Shown: positions 54,801-64,000 of the stretch, one piece after another
How positions within the stretch are numbered: position 1 is the stretch's first letter
Layout: each line of letters opens with the position of its first letter
Source of the DNA: Lingula anatina
Lineage: Eukaryota > Animalia > Brachiopoda
NCBI GenBank assembly: GCA_051362555.1
Contig: CM120640.1
Span: 69,108,788 to 69,172,787 of the forward strand
DNA: 64,000 bases
Direction: 5' to 3'
The notes under the pieces: generated by a model
Told to the model about the DNA's origin: nothing
What the model saw: the letters and a program-made list of their open reading frames with translations, nothing else
Databases searched by the model: none
Translations under genes and position numbers: made by a program

Positions 54801-57800
54801 CCTTAATTTGGTTCGAAACCAGATCTTATGTACTACTTGTAACTATGTTATTTAGAGTTTTGTGCGTCAGCGTTTGCCTCCCTGAGAGGAGCTCTCAGCA
54901 GTATTGGTGACAGTGCTCTAGTACTTATCTTCTGATCAGTCTAACTCATTTCATTCCAATAATAAGAGGATAATGAACATTTTTGAATGGTTATTTTTAG
55001 AGAAAAATAATCAGTTTAAAGATACCTATTATTAAAGATTATGCAAGAAATTGAAAATTGTGTTTTTGTGACATACTCAGGTGATGTTGCACTCAAGTCT
55101 GTGGTATTGCAGACACAGAAAAAGTTAAGTAACATGAATAACAGCAGTACCTGATCTCTCTTACTCCTAAAACTTATCTTTTGAACATATTAATCCAAAC
55201 TGCTGGTGACTACAACTTCATATTAATTGATTTAAATGTTGAAATCAAAATGGCTATTTGTTTTAACATCAATATTGTTTAGGGCACACTCAAATTCACA
55301 CGCCCTACTAGCTGGGTCGGTTCAATTCTGCAGGGGATTCTTGGTAAAGTGCCTTCAGTAAAATCTGGTTAATCAGCACATGATAGTTAATTACCCCTTG
55401 AGGAGGTGTGAGACAATTAAGCTGATTCCACTGATTGCACTTTGGCAAGAATCCCCCGCAGAGTTGGACCCACCCAGCTTAGTGCAATGTGTGAATCTGA
55501 ATGCAGTACTGATAATAAAAATAAAGACCATCATTATTGATGAACATTTGTATTTTAATCAGGGACTCACTTTGTCATGTTGTTGATTACTCTTAACCTG
55601 GGTCAAGAAAAAACTTTCAAATTTTGTACTTATTAAAGCACTAAAAGGAAAAATGGGGAACGGGGATCAGTACATAATACTGGAGAAGGATACCAAGTCC
55701 TTTCTGCTTGATATAACCAGCAGCTAACTGGAAAAGTTAGCAGTTATATCCCATACAAATCTAAATATTTCTAAGCATATATTAATTTATATGTGAAAAA
55801 CCAAATTGAATGTAAGGAATTGACTTTACACATTATTGTGTGGGGATGAGAAATAATAATGTAAACTTGGGAGTTGAAACAACCCATGCCCAAATCATGG
55901 TCCATCCATTCTGCAGTTATTGTGCTTCAGATATTGGACTTGTGCTAGTGCAGTGATTATGATCCTAATAAGCTTACTATCTTGACTATGGAGGGCATTA
56001 ACCTAGTTAGATTTTTGATACAGCCCTCTGGAGTTCTCTTCAACCAATCCATTATTGCAAGTCACAGCAAACACACTCTTGTTAGTGAACCAGCAGTAAA
56101 ATATCAGTGTAGGAGGAAATGTGGGATGTATTTGAATTGCTGTTTGACACAATGTTTCAGTTGCATCAGCCTATTCAGAATTGTGTAATACTCTATTTGT
56201 ACCAAATTGACAAAAAAAAGTGTGTGCGTGTGTTGATAAATTTGTTTGTCCAGATTTTCACTTTTATATCTCTGTTGTACATGTACATCTATTTGAACCT
56301 GTTGTTAACCTGCAAACTTTTAAAGTGAAAGTCAAGTATTCATTTGTCAGCAGTTGATAGAAAATTTAATACTGTTGTCTGTATTCAGCTTATTTTTGTG
56401 TCTCGCCAGAGCTCATATTCTGGCTATGATACAACGCATTGCTCCATTGTGAGGTATCTATCATATTGAAAAATAATTTATTGTAACCCAAGTAACAGTA
56501 ACACGTGTGTATGAACTGTATAGTAATAAGCAGAACAACACTGCAAAATAAATGGCTATTGGTTTGAGAACAGGTTGCATGAAAGTTTCAGGAGAAGGCT
56601 TTGAAAGAATGGGGTTCTTCTCCAATTGTATTTGCCTGATCAACTCGGCCTTTCCAGGTCAGCTATAATCCTGATGAAGAATCAATATCACTGTCTCTAG
56701 AAAAAAAAACTTCACTGATTCTGCATGTGAATGTTAAATAAGGAAACAATTTATAAGGTTTTGAGAGGTTTAATTTGAGTAAGAAAATTAAATTTTTGAC
56801 TAAATGATGAATGTTTTGGTGCAGCGTTAAGTAGTTCAGTAAAGCCGAAAATCCTGAAGCCCTGATGCCCTCTTTGATAAATAGGCATTATGACAAAGCT
56901 GGGAAGATTCATGTGCTTAAGATACCAAGTTTACTGAGTAGGTAGAGAGTTGCTCCCGTCTTATCTCTGATCTCCATGTAATAGGGGCACATTCTTGACC
57001 TTAATTGTAGATCCTAACTATGATATGTATTAAAATTTATTAACACATAACTGTTGATTTTTGAGAAGGGATATCTTTATCATAATATGACCTTTCTGAA
57101 GTTTTTACTTTGAATACTTTGGGAATTTAACTTGTTGAGAAACTTTTGTTCTGAAGGGGTTAGATCAGGTTGGTGTATAAAAATGGATTCTAGAGCTTAG
57201 AAGCACTTCCCTTTGCCTTGATTATCAACCCAGCCTGTTGTCTCACCCTGACATCCTCACACACCTTTTCCTACAGCCAGGAAGGGATTGTTAGCAGATA
57301 AAAATTTACTTTGTCAATATCTGAATTAAGTTGATTTGTTATCAATAATATTTTGAAAAATATATTTGACTGAAATATAGAGGAAGTTGATTTATATGAA
57401 TATAATTGATACTTGGACATCTATTCAAAATATATTTTACAAAATCAGGCCTAGCTAGGCCTCCCAAAAAGAAATGAAAGCAGTTTTATATCTTCACAAA
57501 TTATTTTCTGTCTGAAGATTACTTATCAATCTCAAATTATTGAAGCTTAAAGACGAAGAGAAAGTAGAGGTTGACTATTGTTTTGACCTATTGACCTTGC
57601 AGGTGACCCCTCACCTTTGATAATTACCCACCAAACATTGTAATGAACATTAAATTGTTCTCATGTTTTCAAACAATGCCTATCATGTCTACAAGAAGCT
57701 ACTAAGAGACAGAGCGTGGTCTAGCTTCATTTCTGAAAAGATGTGTTTTGTACGTGATTACATGAGAGATGGGCTGTCATTACCAGCCAGAATTTTGTTA

Positions 57801-60800
57801 CAATCACCTCAGTATATTTTAGAATAAAAGATGCAAGTAAAGTAAACAGTTCATATTTAACTTTAAAAGTTGGGTTTAGAAAGAAGCCCCCCAGTATGCC
57901 CACCCCCCCCCACCCCCCACCCCACTGCATGGAACACCTTGTGACTGGGGGTGGTGGAACAGGGGACACCCTGTCATCAGACAGAACCAATGGATGTAAC
58001 TATTTCAAAGCAGAAGAACTTCAGTGCTGATACTATCTGTGGTCCTAGTTTATTTATTTACACATTACGCACTTCACACATCATTTAACCTATTGAAATG
58101 CATGGGCCTGTGGAGCCGAGAATCTTACAGGTAACACTCTTAGCTACAGTGAAAACCCCCCGCAGAATCCTCTTGGGCCCCTGACTTATACAAGAGATTT
58201 GAAAACAAACAAGGAAAGTTACATAATTTCAGTCTTTCTGTCTTGGTAGGAAAGCAGAAATTTATTTAGCACACTTTCTATACATAGGTCAGAAATCAAT
58301 ATGTGGTGCTGTTCCAGCAATGATGAGTGCACCCCTCCTCCCCTTTGCTAATATTCTCTATACACTATTGTTTGCCTATGATGATGATTGAATGGATATC
58401 AAGGATGGACTGCTTAGCAGAAGAACAAAGCTACTTTGTGTCAAAGTTTTATACCAACACAGTTTTACTCTACAAGTGTATGCTGTGTTTACCACTTTTT
58501 AAGTAATTCCACATTTATCTACAGAAGGACTCAATTCCCATGTTTAAATGATATTAATTAATTGTGTGAAGGCTGTCCTTACATTTGGGCCTAACCTGTA
58601 ATTAAAATCGGTAATGTATATGTATATACAGCAAAATTGAAAATATTAGGTTGATTGAACTGGTATAAAACTCATAAAGGAAGTGGTGTTTGTCATTTTT
58701 CCTAACATAACCCCCAAGATTAAACATTTTCTTGGTAATATGTTTAAGTGATATCTTTAATTCATTATTTGGATTCTACACTGAACAAAAATTTAATAAT
58801 AAAATTCATGATAGGTCATCCATAATTACGCAAACAACATTGTAATCCAAGCTATAAATGCTAAACAAGGATAAAACAATCTATATGTAGTACAGAAATT
58901 TGTTAACTGATATATTTATTTATAAATGTATATAACCAGGACTGCTGAAATCAACAATTCGTAAAAAAAGATTTAAAAAAAGAATCACATGAAAAATAAC
59001 GTCTCCCTCGCACTTCTCTTCTCCTCACTATGTAAGTGTTATTACTTGTTTATGCAGTGTGTAGAGTTAAACTGAGGGCAGAGCCGAGTTAAAGGGAATT
59101 GAACAGTATGAGCATGCGTCTTGTTGCCCAGTGTAAAGAGACAACTACATGCACCTCGGGTTTAACTGTAAACAAGGAAAATGAACCACAAGCTGGTGCT
59201 GGCATGAAGAAAAATGAACAAGGATGATTGTATACTACATGGAGGCAGAAACTTAATTTACTAACCATTCCGTATAAAGCCTCCCCTCCCCCCTCACTTT
59301 CACTCCTACCTTCCCTCAGTGATAGGATTGAAGGTGTAAGGAATGTTCCTCTTCATGACATCTTTTCTCTGAATTTATAGTCCCTAGTCTGTATTCATGC
59401 ATAAGTAATGTCAACTTGGCAGTTATCTTGGATTGCCAGCAGAGAGAAGATATTGACCTTGAGAGTAACACTGGCCCTATCCCCTGGGTGTATGAGTACT
59501 CAAATATAACCATTTATAAGGAGGGTTTTGGCCCTCAACTAATCTGACTCTACTCTGTGCAAATTATATATTGCCAAAAATCCATGTATAAAAATGCATT
59601 GGTGTCGTTTGTCCTCTTATTTACTATCTGCTACATAAATATGTAATCCGAAGCTGATTTTTTCCAAAGAGTTCTTGACTAAACTCTAAGCCAAACCTTT
59701 GAGAGTTCTTTCAATCAGCCACAGAACGATGATGGTACGTTTCTTATTGACCCATTTAGTAGCCTCTTCACCTTAACTGATAGCCCACATGTTGGTATTC
59801 TATCAGTGCAAGCAAAGTGTTTCTACATGTCATGTTAGGACTCATTCATAAGATATGTCTGTCTAGGGCTACTAGGATTACTACTACTGGAGTACTGGTA
59901 GTAGTAATGAGCCCAGGACCGTAGCCAGTGTTTTCAAAGGATGGGGTTCTTTTTCTGAAAAAGTGGACCTTTAACCACGAAACTTTTGTGCACCTGGATC
60001 AAGTTTTACCCAAAGCAGACCTTTTCCTGGCAAAAGGATGGTGCTTTCAAACCCCAAACTCCCCATGTCTGCATGCCTGGAGCCTGTACTCCAATAAATC
60101 TTTGGAAAGTTCAGACCAAAGAATTGTTCGAATATTTTGCTTTTAAATTTTGGATCAATGAACCTTTAGAACCCCACAGATAATTTTTGCATGGATACTG
60201 CAGAGGATACTGCAGATATAGTGAAAGCTTAAAAATAAAAAAAGCCAGCCAGACTTGGAGTTATGAAAAATGTACTAGGTCAAAAAAAAAAACTAGGCAG
60301 GATTGACTGTGAATTCAAAATGGCAGCTCGAAAAACAGTTGCTGGTCCCTCGGACTATATGTACACCCTTTTCTCCCAGTCTTTGAAAAAAATTTTTTTC
60401 AGTAGGGACTGGTAGGACTATGTGTTACCACATAGCCCAGAAAGAAGGAAGATGAGTAGGGAAGGTCACTAAAATCTTGAGACAGAGGGATAATGTATCA
60501 TAGGTCCTTTCCACGTTGAGAGGCAAAATGTTTTTTACCCCACCAGTTTGTAATCATGCCACTGGGGGTGGGGGGGGGGGGTTACTCTCTTTCACATGTC
60601 TCATGTACCAATCATAATTACTTTGGTTAACTGTCCCTGTTGAGTGCACTGGCTCCATGTTGGTGACTCTCTTACATAACAGCCAGACTATTCCATCTTT
60701 CAAACCAGAGAGAGCTACAGAAAACTGTACCACTCCATGTGAAATGGTCCTGAACTTGTGATAAGTGTCTCTTAACAGGAATATTTTTAATATCAGACAA

Positions 60801-63639
60801 CCTCAGAAAGACAACAGGTAGATATAGATATAAATTTATGGGCTGCTGCCATACAGGCTTTGTATTGTTTTTAGAATGTCAAGTAAGGTATTAGGACAGG
60901 AGTCTGAAAATGTGTTATCTAATATAAAACAAGAAGAAAAGTTCAATGACCAGATGATGATGAATAGTACTGTACTTCAGAGCTAGTTCTACACTATATA
61001 ATGGTTGTTTTCTCCACCCACACACACAGGCAATTAGTCCATAATGAATTGATCTGCCTACTTGTTATATTTGATTATGCTTCTAACTGTATGATGTTCT
61101 TGATATTCTGGAAAAGTTAAAATTTATTTAATGTTTTTAATATTTTTGTTATTCATCTATTATTGCCATGCCTAATTTAATAGTTAATTCATTGTTGTCT
61201 GAAAGTTTCCAGAAAGTGAAAATAACATTTATGAAAAGAAACTTCTCAGAAAATAAAATCCTACAGTCAAGGAACTAGGAACTGGAAGTCAACAGTCAAT
61301 GAGTAAACTGGGAAAATTTTTGCATAAACCTTCCGAATGAAAATTAATTTTCAGTTTGCGATGTGTATTAATTTGTGATTGTCTGTTTCAGAATACAGCA
61401 CCCAGTCCGTTAGGTCAAATGCCGCCACAAGATGGCATGCCTGGGGGACCCATGCCTCCAGGGTTCTTCCCTGTAAGTATAATCTCACCTCATAACAGTC
61501 CAGAATGTGCTTGAAAGGTTTTGATTTAGACAAAGGAACCTGACAAGAACTGATCTTTTACAACTCTCCCAAAAGTCTGGTCATGGCTAAAAAAGTCTGG
61601 TCATCGATAACATGTGCTAGTGGTTCATTTAAAAAGATATTTTTTTAAAATTCTGTACCAAAGTTACTTTTGGTATCAGTAACAAATTGTATGCTTATGA
61701 TGTAATTGGACTTCCCAAACAGTAACTAGTTAATTATTCATGAACAGTCATGTTATTAATTATTGAAGAGAGGGACTAAACAATAGTTTGCTCAGTTTTT
61801 CATGCATGAGATTCTACTTACATTGAATAAAGTATAGTAGAATTACCTCTTGAAACAAGTATTTTAAGTAACAGCTTCAACTATATATCAATTTTTGAGA
61901 AATATGACTAATATTTAAATGATTATCAAAAACAAAAACAATTAGCTTGACAAGTCCTTTGATTATGCACTGGGATGGTTTGTTTTGTAAAAGAGCCAGT
62001 GAAATGTTTAGATTCCATAATAAATTGGTGACTAAACAGAAATAAATGTGTAAAATGAATTTTAGGAAACCCTAGGACTATTGTGTGTTTTGATACTTTG
62101 CTGCCGTGTCCGTAGTCAAGTCTTTGTCTGGTGACAGCAGAGAAATGACAGTCTTAAATAATTGACATAGCTATGTTATATATCTAAAACCATTCAGGAT
62201 TTATGCAAGGGTTAGAATTAGTACCACTTAGCACTGATATCGAAAGATTGGGCTTCCTGGAAAAATATGATAAGAGATGTATTTGACTTAAAACTTACTA
62301 AAAAACCTTGAATTTATAGAAAGCATTCAAAAATATAGGACTATATAAACCAGCTATCATTTGTAGCTAGAGGATGTGAAAAAGAGGCTTTAGGAATAAT
62401 CTGATTTCACATTCACAATCAATCTGAAATAAAAGGATGTTTAGCTTGGTTATGTTCAGTTGTTAAGATGTTCATGTTTGTGAACATAATTCCAAAAGGG
62501 AAGATTGGACTCCAGATATATTGACATGCAAGTCAAAATATTGTGGAATTCTCAAACAGTAATTCAGTTCCAGAGTAAATCCAGTTATTTAGTTAGCCTC
62601 AATTATGTCTAAATCTAGACAGCTTCAACATAGAAATGCTTTTGAGAAGTCTGTGTTGTATGTCTATATTGTGAAAAACACAATCACTGCCTGAATGGTG
62701 CAATGTGTTTGGTGAGACAAAACACAATGGGTAGAGCAGGAACTCCTGATATGTGGGCTGTATGTATGCGTGTGCTGTTGAATTATATTCCGTTTGTTGG
62801 TGTTTTGGGCTATCATTGAACAGTGTTGGAATGGGTGTGTTTTTATGTATGTGGGGTATCAATTGTTTTTCTCTCTCTCTTTTTCACAAGTATTTGTTGG
62901 TTGAAGATGTGTTTGTGTTGGTGGTTGCAGTGGCACCAGATCTTTCTCATCAACACAATCATAATTTTACTAAATAAAAGAGGACCAGAGACCAACAGCA
63001 CCTCCACTGTAACACAGCCTGTGTCACACGATTAGAGCACTGAAGAAAAATGTGTAGACTAAATAGTTTGATTATTTACTTTTAAGCTAAATGTGAAGTA
63101 TATCCCCTTTTGTATTTCAGAGGTGATAGCTACGTAGATATTTAAATATGTATTTTATCCAGTTCACATATATGACTTCCTACCAACACTGGTGTCAACT
63201 GAATAAGTAAAATGAAAGATATTCCGTAATTTTTTTAACTGAAATTGGGAGCAAATTTGGTAATGAAAAAATAGCATATGATAATTTTTAATCAAAAATT
63301 GTCTTTAGAAATATGTACAGTTTATATATTTGAAAGGATTCCAGTGTTTGGTACTTGGTGTAATAATGATAAAAATTGGTAATAAAGTCAAGGGGTTTTT
63401 TTATAAGATAATATAATTGTCCTCACTAGTCCTAAAATTGTATGTCTTTTGGCATTGAATGAGCAAAGTGAAAAAACAGGTGCATCTTCCACGTTATAGA
63501 TGAGTATCAATTAGCCCAACTTAGTATATGCTTTAGCAGAAAATACAACGGTTCAGTAATTTTCTTTAAATTGGGTTTGACTATTTTTCTTCACATTTTG
63601 CTTTCATTGCTAAAGAATAAGGATAATTACATGGTTTTG

Positions 63640-63673
<34 letters not shown>

Positions 63674-63948
63674 ATACTTATATGAAATAAACAAAAGAGG
63701 CTTGTCTTATTTGAGAAAACAGCACTGTTTGTTTATCTCTGATGGAAGATTGATACAAAGTTATCATGGTTATGGGCCTATTTTGCCCTTATTAGACCTC
63801 CATCTTTCTGTACAATTGTTGAACATATTGCTGAATTAGCGCCATCGTTGCTCTGCTACAGAACGCCCACATGCGTCCTTCACCGCCAGCGTCACAGCCG
63901 TCCCCCCACCCACAGCCGCCACACAATCCTATGATGGGGCAAGGACAA
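35985..63948 (+). CDS. SSBP2: Single-stranded DNA-binding protein SSBP2/3/4 (Ssdp) family, LUFS/LisH domain; 3'-partial
   Basis: Exons 35985-36040, 36461-36533, 37974-38035, 46406-46490, 53010-53051, 61392-61472 and 63862-63948. The translation is [106 protein letters not shown] followed by a Pro/Gly/Met-rich region. All donors are gtaagt. It is co-orthologous to SSBP2/3/4; the symbol is chosen from ATG10 synteny. Confidence 0.96.
37045..37149. repeat. Perfect 47-bp-arm inverted repeat (hairpin) next to (TA)n tracts in SSBP intron 2
   Basis: TATAATCAAGGATGTGAATAACTTAGCTTCCTCTCTCCATTTTATTT (37045-37091) is the exact reverse complement of 37103-37149, with an 11-nt T-rich loop. Confidence 0.92.
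39188..39380. repeat. 24-bp minisatellite, about 8 copies
   Basis: Unit TGTGTAGGAGTCTTGGTCTGG(T/C)CT in tandem. Confidence 0.95.
39787..39842. repeat. (TG)n microsatellite
   Basis: Directly visible run of tg dinucleotides. Confidence 0.97.
40370..40636. repeat. 27-bp minisatellite, about 10 copies with one internally deleted unit
   Basis: Unit GGGGATAGTGCAAGGGA(T/G)GTCACCATT; a shortened unit occurs near 40480-40497. Confidence 0.95.
45866..45985. repeat. 60-bp tandem duplication
   Basis: GATGGACCGGAGACACCATACCAGTCCACTTGTTT...AAAAGCA occurs twice (45866-45925 and 45926-45985), with the first 35 nt identical. Confidence 0.9.
53451..53612. mobile_element. Short MITE with CAGGTCCGTAGCC/GGCTACGGGCCTG termini
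   Basis: 12/13 inverted termini. The interior (TTTCAAA...GGGGTTCTTTT(T)CTGAAAAAGTG...) is shared with a second copy at 59914-60079. Confidence 0.7.
54058..54279. mobile_element. Degenerate MITE with CAGTGGTAGAT/ATCTACCCCTG termini
   Basis: 10/11 inverted termini with internal G/C runs; no clear TSD. Confidence 0.5.
55286..55504. mobile_element. Imperfect palindromic foldback element in an SSBP intron
   Basis: AGCTGGGTCGGTTCAATTCTGCAGGGGATTCTTGGTAAAGTGC pairs with GCACTTTGGCAAGAATCCCCCGCAGAGTTGGACCCACCCAGCT, and the outer and inner arms also pair imperfectly. Confidence 0.7.
59914..60079. mobile_element. Second, more decayed copy of the 53451-53612 MITE family
   Basis: It begins CAGGACCGTAGCC and aligns along its length with 53451-53612. 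Confidence 0.65.
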
Positions 63949-64000
63949 GTAAGTAGTTGATTGTGGCCAATATTGCCCCCAGCAAACTCCTAGATGGACC

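Noticed and set aside
63641-63672. 32-nt poly-G run as a functional G-quadruplex
   Set aside because: It is a simple homopolymer whose length is unreliable in assemblies, and there is no further support.

Overview
AT-rich, intron-containing animal DNA. The lineage is probably a lophotrochozoan or mollusc-like invertebrate (inference). Most ORFs in the supplied track are spurious or are single exons. Manual splicing gives eight genes in four consecutive head-to-head pairs: JMY/WHAMM-like(-) | KXD1(+), BHMT(-) | DMGDH(+), DIMT1(-) | unnamed tandem-CARD gene(+), and ATG10(-) | SSBP/Ssdp(+, 3'-partial, long introns to the window end). From recalled human gene positions, the order and orientation mirror human 5q14.1 and its 19p13.11 paralogon. 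The one gene I cannot name is the most interesting. It encodes about 261 aa: two CARDs on duplicated exons, a PVQAT (PxQxT) TRAF-binding motif and a Gln/Tyr/Gly pseudo-repeat prion-like tail, so it is a candidate polymerising innate-immune or cell-death adaptor. Introns carry non-autonomous DNA transposons, foldback inverted repeats, minisatellites and a candidate enhancer.
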